Below are positions 22,066 through 31,950 of a DNA stretch of 41,030 nucleotides, piece after piece (the stretch's first letter is position 1; each line of letters opens with the position of its first letter). Below the pieces are notes generated by a model. It saw only the letters and a program-made list of their open reading frames with translations. It did no database searches and was not told where the DNA came from. The DNA is from Stramenopiles sp. TOSAG23-2 (Eukaryota): positions 1-41,030 of the forward strand of contig LT649304.1 in assembly GCA_900128395.1 (NCBI GenBank), read 5' to 3'. The position numbers were made by a program, and so were the translations under genes.

Positions 22066-22611
22066 GCTGCTGCTGTTGTTTTTAATGTTGTTGGTATTTA
22101 TATTTTTAGTTCTTGTATCAAATAAAACCAAGTTTGGTTTCTTAGTGGCGGTGCCACTATTTGTAACAACATTAGTTTTGCTTCTGGTATCATACGCAAC
22201 TAATTTTGGTTTTGTTGGAACTATAGGTTTTGATTTTTTCTTTCGCCTACGTGACATCATATTTGAAGTATTAATACCTTTTCTTAACATCATGATATAT
22301 GTCATCACTGAACGTTTATCTGGTTTTTGCATTAACAATAGATCATCAGAATCAAGTAAAGGTTCAACTCGCAAGTGTTTTTTCGCAGCACTAAAGGCTA
22401 AATCTAGATTCGCCTTTTTATTTGTAGGGTTTAATGCAGTGAAATCAAACGCTTTTGGCTTTGCACAGTGGACTAAGGCACAAAACGCCATACCATCTTT
22501 CCATGAAGTTGTAAAATTAGTAACTTTCACTGCTTTATTATATAATGGCTCATTTAAATATTGTTGTACCCATAATAATAAATTTGATGCAACTGTTTTG
22601 GAATCCGCCAT
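20338..22611 (-). CDS. Calponin-homology (type 2, MICAL/EHBP1-like) plus two PH domains; cytoskeletal adaptor
   Basis: LLLWVQ..VTNFTTSWKDGMAFCALVH..PDKRSVMTYI. PH1 KAGWLLKMG..RYFAL..W. PH2 EGYLKK..RWFVL..LNYYK..W. Confidence 0.9.
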
Positions 22612-23284
22612 TTTTATGATTACTTATATATTTTGTTATCAATATACACACTATTAGATAACTATATCTTTACAGGCGGCTTTATCATCGACATAATATT
22701 CGAGATCCTCGCCTCTTCGCTTACACCATCTGCACTCTGTCTAATCAACATATATTTATTACAGTAAAAATTTAATATCTTTTTATTGCGCAATTAATTA
22801 TTTTTTTTACTTCAAACAACTTCTTATTATACCTGGTGGTACATATAGTGCTACAATATACAAACTTCAATCCTCGTATAGTATTTCGGGATAATTATAA
22901 GAAGAAATGCTGGAAATAAAAAAAATGCAAACATATAATACCACTTCTAGCTTTTCTAGCTTTCCATCAATTCTATTCAATCGCTATTCGAATGCTGTGT
23001 ATATTTTTTAATAAATTTTGCAACAACAATAATGCAAAAATATCCGGAAATTCTGCTATTCCCACATTAACATCTCTTAAAAAATTTAAACAAAACAACA
23101 AACAACAACATATACTTAATACGCACATACCCCAAGTACATCATACTCAACTACTTGTACTTAAAGAAACTTTTATTATTATTATTATTAGAATTATACA
23201 CTAAATGTAAAATGGATATAATTGATTTACAAACATATATAAATGTAGTACGAAGGAATAGCAGATGAAAGAGAGAGATACGAT

Positions 23285-24493
23285 ATGGAAAATAACAAGA
23301 AGAAATTAAAAGAATTCAATTTAAGAAATTTGAAATTATCATTTTATTTTGCGTATGAACGATATAATATATATGTAAAAAAAGAAATTGAAAAGTTAAA
23401 ACCACCATGGACAAAAGATATTATTCTTCAACAACTACGTTTTTGTAATTTACATAGAGAACATGATAATGTATCAAGAACTATTATATCGTGTTTAAAT
23501 CTTTTGAAAAATAATGTGAAACAATTGATTTTTAATGCTATTAATTTTAGACGATTAAATAATAATTACACAATTGTAAAGGTATCACAAGTGTTAAATT
23601 TATCAACATATACTCCTCTTAAATATGTTCAGTCAATTGAATGTGGATATGAAGAACAGCTTCAATATGAAGGCGCTGCAACGTATTTCGATAGTGCATA
23701 TGTAATAGCTCCAATCGGTGGAGAATATTATCGACAATTGATTTTAAGATTACCAATATACTATGGTACAAATAAAAATTGTTGCATACGAATATCAAAT
23801 GCATCATATGAAAAAGAAAAAGATTTATTTGATAAAATTAAAGAAAAGATTCATCTAGAAATTGTGAAAAAAAGGACAAATTTAAAAATTTGTTTATTCG
23901 GTATTGCCAATCTCGATATAATTGAACATCATTTGGATGACATACGAAAATCAAAAGATTCCATGGGTCTATTTAAAGAAATTGAAAAAATTTCTGGTAT
24001 AGGAGAATTTATAGCAGGGCAAATTGCTGTTGATATTGGTTACATAAGAAAAGATCTGTTTGATGAAAATGAACTAGCTCCTGCTGGGCCTGGATGTAAA
24101 AAAGGATTAAATCTGTTGTATATAGAAGAAGTGAAACAAAGCGCAAATATGAATTATGTACAAAATTTGTTAAAAAACATCTATGCAAAGCAAGATATTA
24201 TTTGGAAATACTTTAATTATGAAAAACCAACTTTTGGTACTATGAGTTTAATGACAATTGAAAATTTAATGTGTGAAACTAGTAAATATATCGGTGAATA
24301 TAATAAACAGCAGAATAATTCTAGTAGTAGTGATGATGGTAATGATAATAATAATGGAAAGAAGAAGAAAAGGAAACGTCCTATCAGTCGTAAAAAATAT
24401 CATAAACGTGTTGGCACAAGAATTTCCAGAGATAATAATGGTAATAAAATATTGGTAATGGCATTAGATGATAAGAAAAAAATACGAACTTAG
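23285..24493 (+). CDS. aGPT-Pplase / amino acid:DNA transferase-like protein (HhH DNA glycosylase-related fold, clade 1-like)
   Basis: ERYNIY..PPWTKDIILQQLRFCNLHREHD, FRRLN, SAYVI, GIGEFIAGQIAVDIGY, ENE..AGPGCKKGL and IENLMCETSKY occur in the family's order. Basic C-terminal tail. Confidence 0.85.
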   Translation: MENNKKKLKEFNLRNLKLSFYFAYERYNIYVKKEIEKLKPPWTKDIILQQLRFCNLHREHDNVSRTIISCLNLLKNNVKQLIFNAINFRRLNNNYTIVKVSQVLNLSTYTPLKYVQSIECGYEEQLQYEGAATYFDSAYVIAPIGGEYYRQLILRLPIYYGTNKNCCIRISNASYEKEKDLFDKIKEKIHLEIVKKRTNLKICLFGIANLDIIEHHLDDIRKSKDSMGLFKEIEKISGIGEFIAGQIAVDIGYIRKDLFDENELAPAGPGCKKGLNLLYIEEVKQSANMNYVQNLLKNIYAKQDIIWKYFNYEKPTFGTMSLMTIENLMCETSKYIGEYNKQQNNSSSSDDGNDNNNGKKKKRKRPISRKKYHKRVGTRISRDNNGNKILVMALDDKKKIRT

Positions 24494-24723
24494 TATATAA
24501 AAGTGTGGAGGAGATGAAGTGAATTTGGTGTGTGTGTAATTAAATACGAACCGTGTGTATAATATATAAATTTATACGAATATTTATATCATAAAAAATA
24601 TGTGTTTCGTTAAAGAGTCAAGCTCGACTATAGTTACTCTACCTTAAATATTTAAAAATTATTGAAAAAAAGAAAAAAATGGACAAATTGACATTTCTTT
24701 ACACTTGATTAACACCGTATTAA

Positions 24724-25326
24724 TAGTAGTCTAGCCAAGATAAACTGGACATTTTTTTGTGTCAGCATTGTGAAGCCAAAAAAAATTTTCACAACTTTTC
24801 CTTCTGCAAAAGTGCTTATCTCGTCAAGCCCTAGGCGGGCAATTTTTTTTTGCCAAAATATTTTGCAGGAGTACCTATTTATTTTTGCCTTGATCAAAAA
24901 ATTTATTTTTTTTTTGATGAAAATCATCCGATAAAATATCATCATTTTCCATTTAAGTATTTTCTTATATCTGTTTCATAAATAATATATCAATTTTAGT
25001 GATATTTTTGTACTTGATATTTATGTGTCAAATTATATTATTTTAAAATTATATTATTCTTTGGACATAAATTAATTAAGTACAAATAATAAACTATATT
25101 TACATTATTATACGTTAAAATATATTAGTATACTAAAAACCATACCTAACAATTAAAAAATATTATTATTTTAATTTAATTTTAATTATTTTAACTGATA
25201 GGCATGTTTTTTAGTATACTAAGGATTTGTACAACTTATTTGTTACCATTTATGAATAATTTCCTTAAAAAATAGGGAATATGGCTAAAATATTGTGTAG
25301 TCCAGATTATCTTGGCTAGACTACTA
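24724..25326. mobile_element. Non-autonomous DNA transposon (MITE-like), 603 bp, with 27-bp TIRs and TTAA on both sides
   Basis: Left TAGTAGTCTAGCCAAGATAAACTGGAC (24724..24750) vs right GTCCAGATTATCTTGGCTAGACTACTA (25300..25326), 26/27 inverted match. TTAA at 24720..24723 and 25327..25330. No convincing ORF. Confidence 0.8.
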
Positions 25327-25363
25327 TTAAAATAACACATATTATAATGAAATATATATCTCA

Positions 25364-25460
25364 TACAACTTATTTGTTACCATTTATGAATAATTTCCTT
25401 AAAAAATAGGGAATTTTGCTAAAATATGGTGAAGTCCAGATTATCTTGGCTGGACTACTA
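25364..25460. mobile_element. Second, diverged copy of the right end of the same element
   Basis: 97 bp similar to 25230..25326 with several substitutions, ending in the same TIR (GACTACTA). Confidence 0.8.
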
Positions 25461-25789
25461 GGTGATGTGAGCCTCCTAAGCTATGGATAGTATTGACACA
25501 GCACTAAAATCTGGTAATCCTGGCTAACCTTCCACTATTATCCAGCTAACCAGCTAAATTCTCAACATCCCAACAAATAAATTCGTTAAAACCGCGCAGG
25601 AGTTGTTGCACATATGCCAAGAAATACATATTATACATATTTACACCAAAAAGAAAAGAAAAGAAAATAGATTTATATATATATATATATATATATAATT
25701 TTACATATACATCATTCTATAATACCAAGACGTAATATAGCAAAACAGTTTAGCGAAAAGAGGAGGAAGAGAAAAAAGAAAAAGACAAA

Positions 25790-26458
25790 ATGGCTGAAGA
25801 AGAAGAAACCGTCGAAGAAGTTAGTAATTTACCATCCATGGAAGAAGTTTGTACTTCTTATGGTTCAAATCCGAGTGGAGATAAAGAAGGTAACCACTAT
25901 AAATTTTCATTAACTAATAATGAAGAAGATGGTTCGAAATTTGAATTTTCGCATAAATCATGTTTCTTGCCATCTGCAACAGCACCATTCGCTGGTACAT
26001 GGATTTCAAATACAACTGTATTTAAAGGTACTTGGACAATTGCAGAAGGTGAACCTGAAGCTCCACCAGTAGTAGAAACAAAAGAAGAAGAAAAAACTGA
26101 AGGTGGCGAAGAAGGTGGTGATGAAGGCAAAACTGAAGGTGGTGACGAGGAAGGTAAAACTGAAGGTGGAGAAGAAACAGAAGCTAAAGTTGAGGAACCA
26201 CCGAAACCAACTGTCGAAATTACTTGTCAATGTGAGACACAGAGCCTGGAAGGTGTTGTAGATGGTGAAGGTGAATATCAAAAGTTTGAAATGCAAGATC
26301 AACCTTGTACAAAATATTCATGGAAATTTAAATATAGTGCAGAAGAAGGGTTAACATTACTTGAATCAAATTATCCTGTATCATTAACATCAGCAAGATG
26401 GGAAAGTGGCTCAACCATTGAAATGAAATATATGGATTTAACTTTACCAAAAGCATAA
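25790..26458 (+). CDS. Acidic 222-aa protein with a beta-rich domain and KTEGG repeats, unknown function
   Basis: Clean ATG-TAA ORF with strong codon bias; AAAACTGAAGGTGG occurs three times. Confidence 0.8.
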   Translation: MAEEEETVEEVSNLPSMEEVCTSYGSNPSGDKEGNHYKFSLTNNEEDGSKFEFSHKSCFLPSATAPFAGTWISNTTVFKGTWTIAEGEPEAPPVVETKEEEKTEGGEEGGDEGKTEGGDEEGKTEGGEETEAKVEEPPKPTVEITCQCETQSLEGVVDGEGEYQKFEMQDQPCTKYSWKFKYSAEEGLTLLESNYPVSLTSARWESGSTIEMKYMDLTLPKA

Positions 26459-26711
26459 GATCGCCCTACCAAGATAATGTTCTCCTCCTATTATAGTCAT
26501 ATATGTATAAAGTATTTATTTTTATTTGTATGATATTAAAAATGTAAAAATTACAAAAATAAATATTTAATATAAAATATATCATAAGATCGCCCTACCA
26601 AGATAATGTTCTCCTCCTATTATAGTCATATATGTATAAAGTATTTATTTTTATTTGTATGATATTAAAAATGTAAAAATTACAAAAATAAATATTTAAT
26701 ATAAAATATAT
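26454..26711. repeat. 129-bp exact tandem duplication starting at the stop codon
   Basis: 26454..26582 is repeated at 26583..26711. Confidence 0.95.
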
Positions 26712-27099
26712 ATAAATGCATGAAGTATGATATTACTAAAATAATACATGTACGAGAGTATATATATATAAAGAAGAGGAGAGCACACACACACACATGT
26801 AAAAAAAAAAGAGAGAGAGAGAGAAGAAGAAGAGAGATTACGGTGTTTTCGTAATTATGTTGATTTAAAAAACTTAAAAAAATATTACTCGTATGATATA
26901 TATATTATACACAATACAAAAACATTTAGATTGATTAAACCATGTGATTTACAACTTTATGAAGGAGTATCTCTTTCGTCTAACTCTGAATCACAGACAG
27001 AGGAACAATCTTTTGAATACTAAATAATTTTTACTAAAACTTTATAAATCATTTTTGATTTGAGATGTTAATGAACGGGAGTAAAGAGTAAAAGAAATT

Positions 27100-27134
27100 T
27101 ATATAATATATGAGTAAGAGAACATTTTATATAT
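27100..27134 (-). promoter_or_regulatory. Conserved 3'-flank element, copy 3
   Basis: Identical to 89..123; ~40 nt downstream of the URB2 stop, in sense orientation. Confidence 0.55.
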
Positions 27135-27174
27135 TATACACGATAATATTTAAAGTATGATATGCATATCATAG

Positions 27175-30100
27175 TTACACAATTCCACTGTACTTTGATT
27201 TTTTGTAATCATCAAAGAATTTTGTAAAGAAAGATCTACCGACATTATCTTCTCTTGCATATATTTGTCTTGTTTCATGTTCTGTGCATATATTAAATAA
27301 GAAATACAAACCTTCTTTCAAATCTACGTCAGATGTCCACATGGTGATCCCATAGCTTTTCATTTCTTTAAAAACAGAAGATAGTAAATATGGCACAAAA
27401 TGTCGAAAAACTGTTGCATGATTAGCTATTTCCTCGTATATACGTCGTAGATATCTCATACTAGCAAAAAAATGTTCGGTATATAGTTGTTTTGATGAAA
27501 CATTTTCATCGTCATTACTATCAATACTATCTACCACTATCTGATTACTACTATCTTTGCGATTAAATACAATGAAGATTTCGTGAATTGTTGCATTCAA
27601 TAAGCTGACAATATGCCCGGCACATTGATACAATGCCCTACTACGAGATTGAAATAGCGTCATAAGCAATTTGTACATAGATTTCATGTATTTAACAAAC
27701 TTTACATGAATGTTTTCCCCTTTGTCTACCTTTGTATTATCATCTGTTGCCCATGATGAAATATTTTTACTTAAAATATATAAAATACATGTACATGCAC
27801 TTGATGAAATCAATATTTTTTTATTACGTTGGCATAATATGATTAAAATATTGAAAATTTCATCATAATTACTAGAATTGTAGTTATTTTCACTGTTTTT
27901 GCCAGGATGTTGCTCATCGTCATTATTATAGCTTGTTACATTTGTTATTTTCTTATCAACATATATGCCAATATTTCTAATGATAGTTGGCAAATGGTTT
28001 GCAATTACAATATATTTCCATTCCTCTTCGCAGTATTCAATGAAAACTTCAAGAGCCTTGAAACTTACAGAAGCTACATTGTCATTTAAAATTGAGTCTA
28101 ATAATATATTTAGGATTCGATCAAATGTATAACCACCATCATCTTTGATGCAATTAACACTTATATTCTGTACAGCTTCTTCAAGAAATAACACATCTAC
28201 GCATACAATATTGCCAGTTGTATTATTGCTAATACTCAAGCACTTTTGGAAAATGGATACAAATAAATTTGAGTCGACCCCTTTGAAGCGCAACATACTG
28301 TTTGTCACCCTAATTAAAAAATTCTTTACAAAACGATTCCCACCGTTTGGATTGTTATTATTCTTTAAAACATGTTTCAATGCGCTTGGAACTGCGCTTA
28401 ATGATTTTGGTTCGTAAACTTTAAACCCTTTGTGTTTCTCAAAATACTTCTCACATCGTGTAATTATTTCGTAATAATCTAATATTGGCGAAAGTAATTT
28501 ATAGACATTTGAGTCATGATAATCGATATCATTTAGATTTAAATTATACATTAAACGGTCTAGCAGTTGAATTGCATTTATAACAATTTGTACGATACGA
28601 ATATACAAGTCTTGTGTTTTTTTCATATCTTTATCATCATCCATTTCAAACATAATATTTTCCAATGGTGGTGGCACTTCCTCATCATTAGCATCCTCAT
28701 CGCCGTCCATCATTTCTTGTTCCGCCTCATCATAATTCATTACATGAGTCAAAAATTTTTGCAGTAAAACTTCATTAGTACAATTAAAGAAAATTTCCAA
28801 ATTTTCATATTTACCGCTTGATATTAAATTATTTGTCGTAGTGGTAGTACATAAAATATTACAAATTGCTATATATTTTGATTCAGTTTTTTCTTGAAGC
28901 AAAATATCGTCTGCTATAATTATACTGTTAAGCAATCGATTCGTTAATATTGCTAACCACGTCATGTTGTTATTTTCGCCCCTTGCAGCTACTTTAGCGG
29001 TTGTCGGTAAATACAATAGTGTCTTTATCTCATGCAATGGAATTTTGACAAGCTCTTCCGTCTTCATTATCGATAATAATTTGCAGATAGCATTTAACGT
29101 TGATACTTGAAAATCTCCATCGTTTAATGATCCGTTTGCTAACGAGTTTATAAAAAAATGCAAGAAATTTGGTGCTAATTCCATTGAAATGTATTCAGTA
29201 GGCATACTATTGAATAAAATCAATAATGAGGCATAACTTGGATCATCGTTGTTCTTGCTTTCATTATGTTTAGTCATCTTTCGTCTTTTTTTTTGTCGTT
29301 TTCCACCACTAGACTCCATAATTTTGATTCTTGTATCCATTTGTTTATACAATTCATTCATTATACAGTTACGCAATGAATTAGATTCAAATACATTTGC
29401 TGCTATAAAACTGGTATGGCTTTCAATAATAGAAAGCGTATCCTTGTTGCTAATATATGTTATGAACAACTGAAGCCAAAATTTTGCAAATCTATTCATA
29501 TAGTCATGATCACAATATTTCGATAGTAAGAATATATTATCAAAAACAAGTTTGTTGCCAGTGACGATATCATCTACACTACCAGAAAATATTACAGAAG
29601 ATAATATATCATTATCGCATACGGCTAAATGCATTTCAATGACAACATTAGATAATTTATTGAGTTCTTCGATGCAATAGGTATGTTTTTCAATATGACT
29701 TTTACTTTTGTCACCTTCTACAGTAATGTCATTAATGGCTACATTATAATCTTCCTTTGCTGAATGATATATTGAAATTAAACGCAACAAAAGCTTCAAC
29801 AAAATATAACGTTGTTTATTACTTAGGGATATACCAATTTTACAAAATGGTTTAACAAGAGACGAAATGTTTTTACAGATATCTAATGTAATCAAATGCG
29901 ACGACGCTACAGAAGGTGCCTTATTTAAAAGATTATTGTTACTAAATTGATCGATTTCTTTTGGCAAATATCTATATGCACGTTGGCATAGGAAAATCAA
30001 TGCATCTAATACTTCAAAGACAGAATAATTGTTTTCAGTGAAATTAATCGTACTATCATCCTCCTTCAACAAATACCTTATTAAATCTAAAGCATCATGT

Positions 30101-31950
30101 GACAATTTAACGCTATTATGTGATGCAATACTTCCAGATGAACACAATTTGTAGAGAAATTTACTGGTTAATTGCACAATTATGTAATTATTTCCATTTG
30201 ACTTGTTTTTCGCGTTGTCTTTATATGACATAATCAAAATGTTCCATAAACTAGGTAATTTAGCCGGAAGACATAGTGCAAATTGCTTACTTAACGCATT
30301 TAAAAATCTTACATTCAAAAATAAATTGGAAAATAATTCACCATCTTCCACAATACTGTCACGTTTCTCAATTGAATTGTATTTTTCCGGGACATTCAGA
30401 AACATTTTCAAAACTACATCTATTTGCCTTAATTCACTATAAATTTGCAACAATTCTATTATAAAGTTTACTGATTCATCCAATATTGTTTTATATTTTT
30501 CACCTACGGAACTATCTCCAACATTGAAAACGTTTGATTCTAATCGTATCTTGGATATTTTAATACATTTTAACATTAATGATAAAGTCAATAAAATCTC
30601 CTCATGACTAATTAATTCATGATTTATTCGTAAAAAGGTCGTTAAGATTGATATTTCATATTTAATGCTATCAGCTACATCATCTCCATTAATCATAGCA
30701 CTTGTCGTTGACTCTGCGTGACGTTTAAAAACATCAATATGTCGAACACAATATTGCTTCAATATATTAAATTGTGGACGATCTTTATCTTGTTCATTGT
30801 ATACATATGAATCATCCGAATTCAGCATCGTTTTTAATAATTTGTCTTGTTGAAATAATCCTAGGACGGAATAAGATCCGGTTTTAGACGGATCTAGTAA
30901 ATAATATGTATGATACAGTTCAATGAAAAATTGAAAGTTAATTGTAATTTCTGATAATTCTTTTTTTGATTTTACTTTCTCAACATGCAATGATAACTTT
31001 TCAAGGAAAATTTTATATAAGAAGGATGTATCCCATGTTGCTCCATATTTATGCATCCCTACCATTAATTGTGCAACATATGTTACTGGGGTATTTGACG
31101 TTTTCGTTTTCTTTTTCTTTTTTTTTTTCTTCTTATCATCGTCGTTATTATTAACATTATATATAAAATGTTCCATTGTTTTAAATGCAGATGGATAGCT
31201 TAAAATATCAACACTAGAAAATAAAGCGTTGCTAAATATTTGCTTTGATAAGGACCGAAGTTTCTTGTGATCGTTCCTTTTGCCATTGTTATTACTATGC
31301 TCAAAATCTCTATTAGGTGAAACCTCGTTATTCATCAATGCCATTAAAGGATGTATTAAATTATTTAAAAATGTTGAAAAAATTTTCTTTCTATTTGCTT
31401 GCTCATATAATAAATTATTTAATAGTTCCAAAAGTACAATTATTAATGACCTACATGGAAAATATATTTCCTCGTAATGCGACAAAGCACTTGAATCATT
31501 AAAATTACTTAATATCGATCCAACTGCTTTACAGTAATCGGAAAAAGGAGGACGGTACTGTATACGTCGTTCTAAAAATACATTTCTTAAAACGAGTGTA
31601 CATGCCGTCATTAATTTATCATTCTTGAGTTTTTGTAAATTATCAAATATTTTATTGGTTGCCTTCATAATATTCTCAGCAGAGTTTTTTGGCAAGGCGC
31701 AGACATTACTAGAGCTATTCTCAAGGATTTCGTCCATAATGTTCCATATATTAACGTTGTCATAAAAATTAACTGCATTATCGCATGACCATTTTAATAT
31801 ATTTCCACGTAACTTATTGATAGCTACAAGCTCAATATTTAAAGAAATATTTCCCGTCTTGCTTAAATTTTCATCAATTAATTTTTGTACATTTTCCACT
31901 GGTTGGTTGGATTTCTTTGCTTCTTCCCATTTATTATACAATGTCGCCAT
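27175..31950 (-). CDS. URB2: Nucleolar pre-ribosomal protein URB2/NPA2-like
   Basis: 1591-aa helical protein whose C-terminus (LRRIYEEI..FVPYLL..LKEGLYFLFNICTEHE..FFDDYKKSKYSGIV) fits the Urb2/Npa2 C-terminal domain. Confidence 0.8.
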   Translation of the reverse strand: MATLYNKWEEAKKSNQPVENVQKLIDENLSKTGNISLNIELVAINKLRGNILKWSCDNAVNFYDNVNIWNIMDEILENSSSNVCALPKNSAENIMKATNKIFDNLQKLKNDKLMTACTLVLRNVFLERRIQYRPPFSDYCKAVGSILSNFNDSSALSHYEEIYFPCRSLIIVLLELLNNLLYEQANRKKIFSTFLNNLIHPLMALMNNEVSPNRDFEHSNNNGKRNDHKKLRSLSKQIFSNALFSSVDILSYPSAFKTMEHFIYNVNNNDDDKKKKKKKKKTKTSNTPVTYVAQLMVGMHKYGATWDTSFLYKIFLEKLSLHVEKVKSKKELSEITINFQFFIELYHTYYLLDPSKTGSYSVLGLFQQDKLLKTMLNSDDSYVYNEQDKDRPQFNILKQYCVRHIDVFKRHAESTTSAMINGDDVADSIKYEISILTTFLRINHELISHEEILLTLSLMLKCIKISKIRLESNVFNVGDSSVGEKYKTILDESVNFIIELLQIYSELRQIDVVLKMFLNVPEKYNSIEKRDSIVEDGELFSNLFLNVRFLNALSKQFALCLPAKLPSLWNILIMSYKDNAKNKSNGNNYIIVQLTSKFLYKLCSSGSIASHNSVKLSHDALDLIRYLLKEDDSTINFTENNYSVFEVLDALIFLCQRAYRYLPKEIDQFSNNNLLNKAPSVASSHLITLDICKNISSLVKPFCKIGISLSNKQRYILLKLLLRLISIYHSAKEDYNVAINDITVEGDKSKSHIEKHTYCIEELNKLSNVVIEMHLAVCDNDILSSVIFSGSVDDIVTGNKLVFDNIFLLSKYCDHDYMNRFAKFWLQLFITYISNKDTLSIIESHTSFIAANVFESNSLRNCIMNELYKQMDTRIKIMESSGGKRQKKRRKMTKHNESKNNDDPSYASLLILFNSMPTEYISMELAPNFLHFFINSLANGSLNDGDFQVSTLNAICKLLSIMKTEELVKIPLHEIKTLLYLPTTAKVAARGENNNMTWLAILTNRLLNSIIIADDILLQEKTESKYIAICNILCTTTTTNNLISSGKYENLEIFFNCTNEVLLQKFLTHVMNYDEAEQEMMDGDEDANDEEVPPPLENIMFEMDDDKDMKKTQDLYIRIVQIVINAIQLLDRLMYNLNLNDIDYHDSNVYKLLSPILDYYEIITRCEKYFEKHKGFKVYEPKSLSAVPSALKHVLKNNNNPNGGNRFVKNFLIRVTNSMLRFKGVDSNLFVSIFQKCLSISNNTTGNIVCVDVLFLEEAVQNISVNCIKDDGGYTFDRILNILLDSILNDNVASVSFKALEVFIEYCEEEWKYIVIANHLPTIIRNIGIYVDKKITNVTSYNNDDEQHPGKNSENNYNSSNYDEIFNILIILCQRNKKILISSSACTCILYILSKNISSWATDDNTKVDKGENIHVKFVKYMKSMYKLLMTLFQSRSRALYQCAGHIVSLLNATIHEIFIVFNRKDSSNQIVVDSIDSNDDENVSSKQLYTEHFFASMRYLRRIYEEIANHATVFRHFVPYLLSSVFKEMKSYGITMWTSDVDLKEGLYFLFNICTEHETRQIYAREDNVGRSFFTKFFDDYKKSKYSGIV

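Noticed and set aside
21911-22657. 248-aa ORF with poly-Leu that looks like a membrane protein
   Set aside because: Reverse complement of the poly-Asn tract and CH domain of the real minus-strand gene.
23285-25460. Integrated virus or Polinton carrying the DNA-modification gene
   Set aside because: No capsid, pPolB, integrase or packaging ATPase is visible, and the TIR pair does not enclose the gene.
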